Part shown: piece after piece, positions 33,563 to 46,104 of the stretch
How positions within the stretch are numbered: the first letter of the stretch is position 1
How the letters are laid out: each line of letters starts with the position of its first letter
DNA from: Chlorokybus atmophyticus
Lineage: Eukaryota; Plantae; Mesostigma and Chlorokybus algae
Direction: 5' to 3'
Assembly: GCA_009103225.1 (NCBI GenBank)
Contig: RHPI01001037.1
Location: forward strand, 659,815 to 723,814
Length of the DNA stretch: 64,000 nucleotides
The notes under the pieces: generated by a model
What the model saw: the letters and a program-made list of their open reading frames with translations, nothing else
The model's database searches: none
Told to the model about the DNA's origin: nothing
Position numbers and translations under genes: made by a program

Positions 33563-36500
33563 GCGGACGTAATCATTAAGCATCGATTTGGGGACGCCAA
33601 TGTCGTCTGCCTCTCTCAGGCCTCTGTCAGCAACTCTCACCAGCTCACATGCGGCCATCATTTTATTTAACAGGTCGGAGTTGCGTGAGTACATGGCACT
33701 TCAACCCTTTGGCTTGCACAAGTGAGCGCAACTCATCATTGCCATTGAGTTGCCTGATAGCTTTGCCTTCAACTGGTGGTGTTTGTGTAATGGGTTTCTT
33801 GCGCTTGCACCTTATCGGTGCGGTGCGATCAGATGGGGCCTGCACATCAGAAGGGTGAGAGTTCGTACAGCAGCATTTTTTGCTGACTTGACACTCTCTC
33901 ACTGAACACTGAGTCTCCTAGCCAGGTCTGTAGGTAGTATCCGATGTACGTATGTATGCTATGCATGCATGTTAACAATGTAACAAGTTACCTCTGAGTT
34001 GGCCGTGACATTGCTGTCTAGACTTGCACTCTCTTGGCTGCATCTTGCACGTGTACGCACCATGTTGGCAACATTCAGACACATGTGTAGTAATGGCGAA
34101 TGTGGTATGAGTATGCATGCTGTTTTATATAGCCTCCATCCTAACGCCCACCAACCAACATCCCTTTCAACCGTCTTGCAACCAAGTCCAAGGCCTTTCT
34201 CGTTTCTTGCACCAAGTTCAAGTTTTCACCTAACGCGTAACAACAATGCACATGTTGGCTCTATGGCGTATAACTTGGGGTAGAAATGGCAAAATAATGT
34301 GGTTGTAGGTTTATTGCAAAAAACTTCACCGCGAACTGTGTTCTCCGTCTTTATTGGCGTCCTTTCAAAGGTGACTTTAAGCAACAGTTCTCGCCCCATA
34401 CTTTATCAATTTGAATTTTGGCGGTTCCAAGAAATAAGGGAAAATCCGATAATAAAGCACCTTACCCTATGGACCCTATGTTGCAACGGCGTCGCGATGG
34501 CGGCGCCGCCGCTCCGTCGGCGCCGTGATTGTGGGCAATACTCGTCGGCGTTAACTATTAACCGGCGAGTTGCTTATAACAACAGCTAACACGAGTGATT
34601 AATGCCAATAATTAAAGTTAGGGTTTTAAGTAATATACATGTCAATCAGTGAATGTACTTGCGGCCGTCACCCCAGCGGCGGCGTTGCTGGCGCCGCCGC
34701 CTCTGTTGGCCGAAGGTAAAAGTTTGGGGAGTAAGGTACGATGCTGCCAAAGACATTGAAGTAGCGGCCTGCGGCTGGAAGAAAGGGGCCGCTGGAGCTG
34801 CGCGGCCTGAGGAGGCCGCTGGAGGTCCGACCGATGAGGGGCAAAACAGCGCGGCCGACAAGAGGCGTGCTGCAAAGGCTAGGCCTGCCCTATCGCTACA
34901 CAGCCGCAGTCACCTGCAAAGGCTGGCGCAGGGCGAGACGCTGTGATACTAGTGCAGGGCGTGACCCTCTAAGACGCTGCACAGACCGTTGTGAAGCTAC
35001 CCAATTCCATGCCATCGCCGTAGCAGAGGGAGGCATTGTCATCTGAGGAAGAAGAGGAGGTGTGATGAAGAAGATGCGCAAAAACAAGAAGAAGAAGCAG
35101 GCTTTCAAACACAAAAGGAAGCGACATTCTCATCGTTATTGACTTCATCATTGTCAACGAGCTCATCCTCAGATGATGACATCTTCAACACTTTTGCCTA
35201 GCATACAACATTCAAGAAGACAGGCTTCACCAAGCGCCTGTCAAGGAACAAAAAGATGTATGCATTGTGGGAGGTGCATCGTTCGTGCAAGCTCTCACCT
35301 GGCGTGCAATTGCTTGCAAGCCTGCTTTGGGGCAATTGGTCGTGCCCTTTTCGCAGGTCCGTCAATGTCATAGATGGTGGCCTTTCTCTATCAGATGCTG
35401 CTCACGCACGTGCACGGTAGCCTAAACTTTGCAACAGCTTTTGCATCGAGGGCGCGTGGTATTACCACTGATGTTCCCATGGCCCGCGACAAGGAACGCA
35501 AGAGATCATCCGCCGCCTCACCAAGCTCGCCAACACCTTGTAAGGCAAAGCGGCTATGCAGAAGGCAAAGACATCCGCTCCTTTGTAAGTTTACTTGTTG
35601 TTTGCAAGCTGATATTATAAACTTGGTCAATCACCACATTCGTTGCAAGTGTTGGCATTGTTGTAAGTGCACAGTAAGCACCGCAATCATTGCATAATGC
35701 GCAGCTACTATAGACCATGTGCAATGCACACAAGACACTGAAAGTGCACAATGTGCGCATCACCTGTGCTCATGTCTGCACACAATTACATGCAACCCCT
35801 TGTTACTTATAGCCGCACAATGTGCGTATGCATCGCGCATAGCGCCTGCTCGCAAGGCTGCACATAATCACACGCAGCCTATTTGTAGGTGAAGCTACAA
35901 CGTACGCAGTAGTGACCTTTGTTGGCAATGCTCAGCTTGTTGAACATTAGGGGCAAAGCGCACATCCGCGCCTCTTAAGGCTGCACATGATGTGCATGCA
36001 GCACTGCAGCAGGGCATGCCTACAAGCCTCACCTAATCCATGTGAAACATTACCATTGTGCGCTTGCAGGCGCTCGGTCGCAGAAGAGGGGAATACCCAG
36101 TTCCAGCGTGGTTGCGGTCGTGGTGGCTACGGCTGCGGTGGTCGTGGTGGTTACGGTTGCGAGGGCGGCCACTACCGTAGCGTAGTACGATCAGCAGGCT
36201 GTACCCGCTCAACAGGAAGCATGCTATGTCCCCGTGCAAAAACAGCCACGCTTAGAATTGCAGCAGTGAGTTCAGCCCAGTACAGCTGCTGAGTAGCTAT
36301 ATTGCAATGGTAGTGCATGTCGAGAGGAGCTGGTGCTGATGTGTACCATAGATACGTACGCGCGCATGTATGTATGTGTGCACGCAACTGCGCATGTATG
36401 CTGGTTTTGATCATGTACTATAGTGTACCATAAGTGCAGCTCTTCGATGACAATTATGCGCATGATGCACATCTGTATGTTACATGACGGGTGCATCTCA

Positions 36501-36699
36501 TATGGCTCACGTGGATACTGGATTCGGGCATAGTCAAATTGACTTGCATATGCGCAGACATAGCACACCCCAAAGACTGATAGATACTAGTGATATTTGA
36601 GGATGACTGCATGCAGTGCGACAGTGCAAGTGCGATCCTGTAATGCCAGCATTAGCAATAGACCCTTTGTCCCCATCAGAGGCGCACATAAATGTGATT

Positions 36700-38350
36700 T
36701 CACAAGTGCAACACATTGCTGCGAGCGTACCTGCTGCACAGCAAGAAGAAGACATTTGTTCCATATGCGGAGTTGTCACAAGTGTCGAGTGGCTTTGAAA
36801 CTAAACTTGAAGAGTGTTCCACCTCTGCAATTAAATGGGCGGATGCGGAGAATTTTATAGCAGCCTCTATGCAGCAACGGCTTGCAGCCTGGTCCACTTG
36901 GTTTCAGTTGATTACGCAAGGCAAGAAGGCAGTTGTGCTTGAATGGTTGCGTTACGGGTATCGCTTACAATGGGTAGGCACTCAAGCATTGGATCGATCT
37001 CGAGTGGGAAAAAGTACATGCGCTGTTAACGGCTTCGATGGTGATGATATTACAACTTTACTGTCACGCAATTCTCCAACACCCGTGGTGTTTCGAAATC
37101 GCAAGTCCGCCTGTATACATCACAATTACGTTGTCAATAAATTGGCGACTTTTGTGGCGACATGAGCAATCTCTGTCGTTGATGCGTATAGCGTGGCGGT
37201 GGAAACTGACATATGTGTGGTCAAGCAAACGTTTAAGGCTCATTATGATTTTGAGGTATATCGGCCTTTTTTTGCGTCACATTCCTTTCAGCTATGAGCG
37301 AATATGAGATGTTTTATTGTACACAAAGCGCATTTTTTGGCATGTAAAAGCAAATTTAAAATTGGGTTATCATCAGGTGTGCCCATTCATGAGAACAGCA
37401 AGCCTTAATTAGCTTTGCGATTTGCCGGAGTCACTTATAGATGGAATGTGCTGCCATTCGGCATGAATTAAGCATGCTGGTTGTTTACGACTTTAATGTC
37501 GACTGTTTTCACGCCTTTACGGGCAATGGTTTTTTCTTGCCTTGCCTATATTGACGACATGCACTTTAGCCAATCTAATCGTTGGCATTTGTGCTGACGC
37601 ATTCACTTCGTACTGCGTCTATTCAAGGCGTTTGACATATATATTGCTGTGAAAAAAAGCCAATTGTGGCCTGAGCAAGTGGTGCAGTTGTTGGGTCTGC
37701 TCGTGGACACAGTGATCGGCTCTTTTTCCATTCCCTCAAGCAAGCTGTCTAGTTGTCCAAGCTATTGTTGCTAATGAAAGTATTAGCAGAGGCGCCCATA
37801 TTGACGAAGCGTCACCTGGCACGCATTGCTGCCAAATCGATCGCATTGAATTCAGCATTTGCACTTGCAAGCATTTATGCTCGCCAGTTTATGCATCTGG
37901 CATTGGCCACGGAAGCATGGGACGATAATGTGAGTGATACGAACGCCTTCAGACACTTTTGTGACTGGACTGCTGCTGGCTTGCAGACTTGCAATGGTAA
38001 CGCTTGGTGGAAGCCCCCTGTACTGCTGGAGCTGCATGTAGATGCATGCTTCTGATACAATCGGATGGGGGGCGACAAGCCCTTGGCCTCGCATGGCAGG
38101 CAACGTCAAGCCTGAGCATATGTCACTGCCTTCGGCCGTGAAGGAGGCACTAGCTTATGTGCAAGCGTTGCAACCAAAGTAATGCGCACACAGGATCTGC
38201 AGCATTGTACAGTGCGCATCATTGGCAATTATCAACCAGTGTTTTAAGTGCTGAACAAGCTGTCTACTTTGTCATGCCTGGTGCCCACACATACCAGCCT
38301 TCATCGGGCATATCTACATCAAAACCGGCGCTCGGCCTACCGACATACTA
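36700..38350 (+). mobile_element. Decayed DIRS-type retrotransposon RT / RNase H
   Basis: Across stops and frameshifts: LRFAGVTYRWNVLPFGMN*ACWLFTTLM..LAYIDD..VVQLLGLLVDT, then NGNAWWKPPVLLELHVDAC. An RGG-rich segment at 36110-36170 upstream may be gag. No tyrosine recombinase was recognised. Confidence 0.7.
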
Positions 38351-38460
38351 ACGCGCGCGTGTCCCTGACCAGTAGCTAGGTCATGACTTCGGTAGCTTAT
38401 GTTATCAACAATCATGATTTGACTTGTATAAGTAGTCACAGTGTTCACCGGATCAGGTGG

Positions 38461-38764
38461 TGACACTGTGAGTGAGAAAGCTAAGAGCTTGTGAAACGTC
38501 TTGAACTACGAACACGCCATCCTGGTTACCAAGAACCCCCTCACTGTGTGAGAGCCTGTGCATGCTCGTGTGTGCATCGTGCTTGTCATTGCTGTGAGCC
38601 TGGTGTGCCTGGTTGCAGTGTGCTTGTTGGCATCAGTTAGGGCATAGTATCCACGTGTTGCTTGCTCATTCACCTCACTTAACAGTGTAACACATTTTCC
38701 GCTCATGCAAACAACTGTGTAAACAGCACTACCTATAGTAGTGGCTTGTTTACTCACAGTGTCA
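38461..38764. repeat. LTR-like 304-bp fragment with 13-bp terminal inverted repeats
   Basis: TGACACTGTGAGT..ACTCACAGTGTCA (15 bp counting the flanking GG/CC). No matching TSD and no partner copy in the window. Confidence 0.4.
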
Positions 38765-41747
38765 CCCTTTTTGCTCAAGTGAGTGTGTTGCATTCTGCAT
38801 CAGATAGTGCAGTCTGTATCTGGGGACACATCCCTGGGCATTCCTTATTACCGTCATTACATATTGCGCACATAAGCACTAGTGTGGTGAGTGATAGCGG
38901 CATCGAAACAGGCGGTAGAGCACAAACACTCTACCCTGCATACACTTTCACCTCTGGACTAGCTGTATAAGCAGGCCCACCCCGTTCTCTCCAATAGACG
39001 AGGGTGACCTCAGCAGCTGGAGCCCAACCTCCAACCTCACCTACGAGCGGACCAGCGACGGGAGCAACGATTGTAGCAGCAGAGGCTCACGTGCTGTCTC
39101 CGACTTCAGTCCGTTCTTGTCCATCCCACGACATCGAGCTTCCCCACTCTCGTCCGATAGTGACGACTACGAGATGGAGTCTTCCAGCTCAACCACGTCC
39201 CTGCGCTTCTCCGGACGTGCTGGCACTACCTCTTTGGACGAATTCATCATCAAGTTCCACTCCAAGATGCGATAGCAGGCTCTAAAAAACAAAGACGGGT
39301 CAGGTGAGATCTCTTTTCACATTGCTGCTCAGTGTTTAGACCATGAAGCACATGATGTCTAAAAGTCTGTTGCTGTACTGCATCGAGTTGATGGTTATGG
39401 CGAGCTCGTCAGTACCATAGCACCTGCATCACTGCACAGTCTAGCAGCCGTCTTTCCACCTGCCACTCCCACTGCAGTTATCGGGTTGTCCATAGCGGCA
39501 GCCATTGACAGAGCAGAGGAGGAACCGGAGTTAGCGATCGTCAACCTGACCCCTGCAGAGATTGAGATCAAGACGGCCGCGCGACGGGCCTAGATCCTAG
39601 CTCGTTCTGCTGCCATCCTTGAGGAACAACGAACTGCAGCCGTTGAGGTGGGCACGCCCCTACCTATGGCAACACCTGGCTCTCGGGCGGGAGGCAGTAC
39701 TTTCACCCTTGGGTCAGTTGCACTGCGCGCACCAGCCATCACTGTAGGTGCTACCATCTCTGACTCTCCACTCAAAGATCTATACGCTGCACTTCGTCGC
39801 ACCTTCCCACCGCAGACCACTAGTAAAGTGGAGGAGTTGAGGCGGTTCCGGCGCAAGCCCAATGAGGACCCCCTACGCCTGAACTCAAGACTGGAAGGGC
39901 TGTTTAAGGACACTGACTACAAGATCGTCAGCGATGAGGCGGCCGCAGTGGTATATGTCAATGAGTTGGATGCCACCCTGAGCGAGTAGACGCGCCTGAC
40001 CCTGAACTACAGCAGGCCCCTTGGCTACACGCTTAAGGAAGCTTTCAAGACTGCACAAGCCATCCATAAGCGCTTGGTGTATGAGAAGGCAGTGCTGGAC
40101 ACCAACCGCAGCGCCTCACGGCCTGTAGCCAGCACGACTGTCGAGCCTCCGCGCCGCGAATGTGGCCGCGACGCTCCACTAGCGCGCGACAAAGGGAAAC
40201 GGTCAGCGCATACTGCTCTGTCTGCCCATGTGCTGTGTCATCGCTGTGGACGGCATGGGCACTACTGTTACGGCCTAGCTACTACAGCTGGTCATGTACA
40301 GTGTATATATAAGTTTAATTAGCGAAAGACAAAAGTTTAATGAACCTTGGTTGGATTATCTTGGTTTGTTATACAAGCTTTGAAGGCATGTGTTTGTGTT
40401 TGAGCTTTAACACGAATACAGTGCAACGCTAATTATAGTCCTGGCTAGTTAGAGCATTTGCATCTAATTAGAAGTGGTTGACTAGGAATTACCCTATTCA
40501 TGAATGTATGGGCGTCTTGAGTAGGAAGATAAAAGCACATGGCTCTAGTATAATGATTTATTAACGCGATGTGGGCTTATGGGGCCAATCGTGTGAAACA
40601 TCATAGGAAAAAGCATGTGTAATTATAAGGTTCATTTAGGCCAATCCAAGGCGGCTTATTTGGATTAGATGAATAGAGCGAAGTAGCCTCTCTTAGGGTG
40701 AGCAAAAAGGACTTCGCGAAATGAGTTCGCGAAGGGGTTGATTCACCTGCGAAGTAAATCAACATAGTGAGCTAAATTAGTTCACTAGTTCAGTTACGAA
40801 CATGAACTAAAATAGTTTCCTAAGGGTTCGTAAGTGAACAAAAATAGTTCACTGGTTCAGTTACGAGTATGAACTAAAAGTAGTTCACTAAGGGTTCGTA
40901 AGTGAACTAAAATAGTTCATTGGTTCAGCTACGAACATGAACTAAAAGTAGTTCACTAAGGGTTCGAAGTGAACTAAGTGAACTAAGTGAACTAAGTGGA
41001 TTAAGTGAATCACCCTAATTTGAAAGGACTAATAGAAGAGGGAGCCAATAGTGAATCACTGGTGAACTAAGTTAGTTCACTAATGGAGTGATTCATAAAG
41101 CCGACAAGGTAGTGAACTAAAGTTGATTCACTAGTGAATCAACTATTAGATCACTTCGCGACACGACGTCGCGACAGAAAATCGGCTAAGGCATTTGCCC
41201 CCTCCCGCGTGTGCCGATACGCAGCGCGTGACAGCGCCGTCTGCCATGGCCGCAAGCACAAAAATCGCGGATTGGCATTATTGGTCACTTTGCTGAATGC
41301 CAGTGAACTAATGCCGAGTGAATTAAACTAATCACTTGGGTGAGTGAATGGGGATTTGGTAGAGGGCTTTGAACCAAGTAGGTCTTAGCCAAGATAGTTC
41401 CTAGTAAAGCTCATGGCGATGGATTTCGCCATTAAAAAGGAGCCAGTCGCGGGTGGAGGGTAGCCGCCGCACGACTTGAGCTCTGGGCTTTTGGGACTAA
41501 GGTAGGGGTACCTAAGCTAGGTGACCATAACCCTTAAGTTGCCAAGTAGTTGTTCACTCAACGAAAGGTGGTTAAGGGAGTGTACAGTCACTACATGTTA
41601 AGTGTGTGATCACTGTACATAGTTTTAAGTGATAATTACCCCCCGCCCGGCGTAACAGCTGGCCTCGGAGCTTGGACATACGATTTTGAACCACTCAGGC
41701 TGTGGTTTGGGGCCACTTTGATTCGGAAATTAGCGCTTCCGAAGTGC

Positions 41748-42980
41748 ATGCCGAAACAACGCCGGATTGGAAATTATCACAAGTGGCGTGAGACTTTTAG
41801 TAGTAGCGCCAGTGAAGAGGATTACCGCGAGAAAGAAGCCTACTTCGACGAAAAAAGGCTAGTCGCGGCAATGGCGGAACAGGCGGAAGCTTCGGATCCA
41901 CCGATTCCCCAGCTAGGGAAAAAGATGGAACGAAGAATAGCCGAGTTGTCGCCGAAGTACAAGAAAATAGCCTTGGCTTGTTGCAAAGAGGGCAAAAAGG
42001 CCAAGCAAGGCATCTTGAGGCTAGTGAAGAACCTCGAGAAGAATGAGGAGGAGCTCACGCGCCTCGGTGTCCTTGGGGAGCAAAAGATGAAAGAACTCGA
42101 GGACAGAATAGACTCGGTCCAAGTAGGACCAAGTACCAAGTTTCTAAAAATTCCCCCGGCATGGACAGGCAAAAAAGGGGAGGATATAGACGCTTGGTGG
42201 AACCAAGTCGAAGTGACTTTGGCTACGGTTCCAGAAAGGCAAAGGTTGGGTTTTGCCGCGGGATACTTAGGTCCAGAACCACTTCAGTTGTGGAAGGACC
42301 ATAGGTCTCATTTGGTTGAGCCCACCTTTGAATCCCTGAAGGAGTTTTTGTTTAGCCAATATAGGACAGTGGACCCCGGGCTTGATGCCAGGGATAAGCT
42401 ATCCGATTTGAAACAATCGGGCAAGTTGATCACGGAATTTGTGAGCCAATTCAACCTGTTAGCGGCTCAAGCTGCAAATGGGGGAAGGCCACTAAGCCTG
42501 ATTGAAAAGGCCAACCTATTCATTCGAGCCTTGGATTCTAAGCTCCAAAAGCAACCAGATATTATGAGGTTGCAAAAGACCGATATAGAGTGGACTCAGG
42601 AGAAGTTCACGGAGCTTGAGAATACGGCGAGATGGGTCGGCCGGAATTTGGCTAGCATTAACAAAAGGGATAGAGAAGAGGGTGGAGACAAATCCGGGGG
42701 AGGAAAGGGAAAGAAAAGAAAAGGATTTGCCCCTCAATCGGAGATGGAAAGTCCGGTTGAAAAGGAGAAGTCTTCAAAGACCCCTCTAAAGAAAAAGGGT
42801 AAAAAGCCGTTTGGCAAGAAACCCTTTAAGCCAGCCTACCAGGGCAAGGCAAGACTCTCCAGTGAAGAGAAGGAGAGAAGAGCTCGGGAAGGTTTATGCT
42901 TCATTTGTGGCGAAAAGGGGCATATAGCCTCCAAGTGCCCGAAGAAGGGAGCAAAGCCAACCGAGGATCCCACCAAGTGA
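41748..42980 (+). CDS. Chromovirus 2 gag
   Basis: FLKIPPAWTG..AWW, LSDLKQ, and CCHC knuckle CFICGEKGHIASKC. Confidence 0.9.
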   Translation: MPKQRRIGNYHKWRETFSSSASEEDYREKEAYFDEKRLVAAMAEQAEASDPPIPQLGKKMERRIAELSPKYKKIALACCKEGKKAKQGILRLVKNLEKNEEELTRLGVLGEQKMKELEDRIDSVQVGPSTKFLKIPPAWTGKKGEDIDAWWNQVEVTLATVPERQRLGFAAGYLGPEPLQLWKDHRSHLVEPTFESLKEFLFSQYRTVDPGLDARDKLSDLKQSGKLITEFVSQFNLLAAQAANGGRPLSLIEKANLFIRALDSKLQKQPDIMRLQKTDIEWTQEKFTELENTARWVGRNLASINKRDREEGGDKSGGGKGKKRKGFAPQSEMESPVEKEKSSKTPLKKKGKKPFGKKPFKPAYQGKARLSSEEKERRAREGLCFICGEKGHIASKCPKKGAKPTEDPTK

Positions 42981-44043
42981 CGGTGTGGGGTGGTTGCTTG
43001 TATAGGAACGGCGCCAAAGGAGCAAAGTAGTGGGCGACTTGAGAACAATAGTTGTATAGCTACAACGATGAAGTTGCCTATGAAATGCGATGTTTGTTTT
43101 GGGAATGAGTTTGAAGATTTGCCAAGAATTAATTCACTTGAGGTAGGGCATGAGCGAATTCTCATATGCGTGCCACTTCGTGAGTTAACAAGTACTTTGA
43201 CAAATTATTGGCAACTAAAGCAAACTAACCCCGAAATTAAGGCGTGTGTTCTAACACCTAAATATTATGGTAAGTGGAAAAGGTTGTTAGGCGGTATGCG
43301 CCGTATGGGCACATTACCAAGGGCCAAATCACCTTTTGCCACTGACTTGCAAATATGGTGTGATGATGCAAGTGATCGCCAAGGTTCACAAATAAATCCT
43401 AGGCTAAGTATGGTCTTCGATGCATTAGTGAATGAGAGGGCGTGTGGTGTCTTAGTTGACACTGGTGCCTTAGAAAATTTCGTAAGTGCCGAATTGGCAA
43501 AAAGGGTCTCGGCCACCATTGAAACTACCCATGCTAGGGCAAGCCTAGTAGGTGAGTTACATTGTGAAGTAAGTGGCGTGACAGAGTTGCTAATTCGAAT
43601 GGGGGATTATAGGACCAAAATTAAGCTGTATGTGGTCAAGTCCCTTATTCCAGGCATAGATGTGATATTAGGTGATAGTTGGCAAAGGCACGTGAAGTTA
43701 GAATTAACAAGTGTGCCACCTTCTATTACAATCACACAAGGTGACAAGCGTTTTGCTTTGACACCTAGTAGGAACCGTAAGCGTAACAGAAGGAGTAAAC
43801 CCACCATTGACCCAGTTGATCAATGGTTAAAGGGTGACTCCGAATTGGCTGTAGGTTGCCTAAGCATAGTGGGGGACTTGGAAGAGTCAAGTGAAATTGA
43901 TTGGGAAAAGGTACACCCGGTGGTGAGGGAGTTTATGGATATATTCTCCGCGGATCTACCAAGTGCACCGGCAAATAGGTTTGTGTCCCATTTAATCCCA
44001 CTAAAGAAAGGGGCTGGGCCTCCGCCGATAAGGCCATTGTATA

Positions 44044-46104
44044 CACACGGATTGACGTTCGGGGACCATGCATGGTCCTTCCACGGACCCCGCGGGCCAT
44101 ACATGGTCCGTCCCCGCGGACCACGAGTGTCTGGTCCGCGAGGGACGGACCGTCCATGGTCCTTTTGGGGCCCCAACATCTGGCGCGCAGTCGCGCACCA
44201 CATATGGTCCGTGCCGCACCTTGTATGGTGCGGCACGGACCAGTACTCCACGCTGGTTCCTGGATGCGGACCAGGAGTGGGCCCGCGGCTCAGCGGCCCG
44301 GCCGCCGCGCACCGTACATGATCCGTGCCGCACAATGTATGGCGCGGCATGGACCAGCAATGTTGCTGGTTGGCGGCCCTGCAGGGCGCGCTACACGTGT
44401 ACCATGACGTATCGTTATTGCATGTACGAGTACATAGGTACATTGTGTGTATCATCATGTAATAAATGACAGGCCGCACCGACTGTCGCCGCTTACCATA
44501 AAGTGGACAGTCGCAAATGGTCGGCGGCTGTCAATGTATATTGACAGCCGGCTGTCCATGTACATTTTAACTTGACAGCCGCCGATCAGTTGCGGCTGTC
44601 CACTTGTGGCCTATATATGTATAAATGGATATGTGTATACATATAAATATATGTGTATATATACACATACATATATATGTATACATGCATATGTATATAT
44701 ATGTTGATAAATATACGTGTGTGTGTGTGCATGTAGGAATAGGCTTAAGGTATACAAGCAAAAATTGTTGACGTATTGCGGCCGCAATTTGCAGCCGTGC
44801 AATTACTTCATATTTATTTATTTCATGTACATACATTGTTGTAAGTATACTGATGCGCGTACACATGTGCATTAAACCTTTCATATGCAAAATTATATAC
44901 ATCTCACATAATGTATAAGAATATGATTGTACAAAGTGTTATGATTACTGTACAATTACATAGTCAAAAATAATAATTATAGCAAATTTACATCCATGCG
45001 TTGCGCGTGTTTATTACATTATATATAGTTCGTTGGTTATTACATTATCATAATGTGCACAACCGTTAAACATCATACCATGAATACATATGTTGATGCT
45101 GTTCGCATGTTGCATTGCTAGGCGTAGTTTATGGTATATTTGGTTTTGATGATTTGTACGAAACGAAAGCGCAAGCAATGTCAGATGTTATGACTTGTAG
45201 CCTTACTTGTATAACCTCATAAATGGCCTATAAAAGCCTCATGCGACCACAGAATCATCGACAGCCCGATAAGGTACACTGGCTGCATTAACAGTCGCAA
45301 CTTGGCTACTATCACTAAGCATTGTCACAATGACAGCCCCTAACAAGTCTACAAATTGTACTGGCGTATTGACAACCGCCGAGTTCGCGGCTACCGGTAT
45401 GTAGTTTGCCACCGTCCATGTAACCGGTACAGCCTATGAATGCTACAGTTGCATGGGCTCAGCCTATGGGCCTATCAAAGTGACAATCTCCGACTGTCCA
45501 TCGGCAATTACGGCCGCCGGCCGACAGTCGCCGAGCGGCGCATGCGGTACACTATATGATATAGGTTGCCATGCGACCCTACCGGTACGTGCACTTGTAG
45601 CTTAGTGGTTAGGGCGTCGTCTTTGATATGCTAAAGGTACTGGGTTCGAATCCGGCCGATGATGCGTGTGTTCTTGACTAATCATTCCACTAATGCCGCG
45701 GAGCTGGCCGCGGCCTCGTGCGCCGCAGGTTAAGCGTGGCCGGTGCCGCCGGCAAAGATGTCTCAACTTTTACTGCATTTGCACTCATATGTACATTGTT
45801 CCATACTAAACTTCGGTCCATGGTCCGCTAGCCGGACCAGTTATGATTGAAATATTGTAAGTAATTGATTTTGTCCCTGGTCTGATGGCCGGACCATACC
45901 TGGTCCTGACGCAACAGTAATCGGCCGGCCCTTAAGTGGTCCGTACCAAGGGACAATGGTACCATTCACGTGAAATTCGGACCATGCATGGTCCGACTTT
46001 CCATGAAAGCCGGACCATACATGGTCCGTCAATTTCACTTAGCAGGGGAAAATCCCGGTCCTGCGTCACGGACCATTCATGGTCCTTGAACGTCAATCCG
46101 TGTG
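44044..46104. mobile_element. Non-autonomous CMC/EnSpm-like DNA transposon
   Basis: 35-bp TIRs (CACACGGATTGACGTTC..) with 3 mismatches and a 3-bp TSD ATA (44041-44043, 46105-46107). There are many subterminal GGACC/GGTCC repeats, an AT-rich core, and no transposase. Confidence 0.85.
45591..45665 (+). ncRNA. tRNA-like sequence (pseudo-tRNA or SINE head) inside the CMC-like element
   Basis: A box TAGCTTAGTGG at 45598-45608 and B box GGTTCGAATCC at 45643-45653. The acceptor and anticodon stems pair poorly. Confidence 0.55.

Larger units (their letters stand above)
20151..33902 (-). pseudogene. pogo transposase (HTH_psq, CENP-B HTH, DDE_1), intron-containing and disrupted
   Basis: GVPKSMLNDYVR, PGNKWCRFFLSQH, I*NADETG (stop at 32618-32620), LLLLDGHRSR, FPPHLTHPMQ, and the C-terminal ILTSPEIIQHLRDQAEEK charged helix (20151-20576). 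Confidence 0.88.
18803..34467 (-). mobile_element. pogo-like (Tc1/mariner superfamily) DNA transposon carrying three nested insertions
   Basis: TIRs begin GGGTAAGGTGC at 18803 and end GCACCTTACCC at 34467. Each end is flanked by TA (18801-18802, 34468-34469). A transposase relic lies inside. Confidence 0.85.

Noticed and set aside
40778-41000. Regular palindromic repeats in the chromovirus 2 LTR, considered as CRISPR
   Set aside because: The intervening sequences are themselves repeated, with no unique spacers, and the block recurs in the other LTR.
43820-44902. Overlapping ORFs at the left end of the CMC-like element
   Set aside because: They are by-products of GGACC/GGTCC repeats and TA microsatellite, with no transposase motifs.
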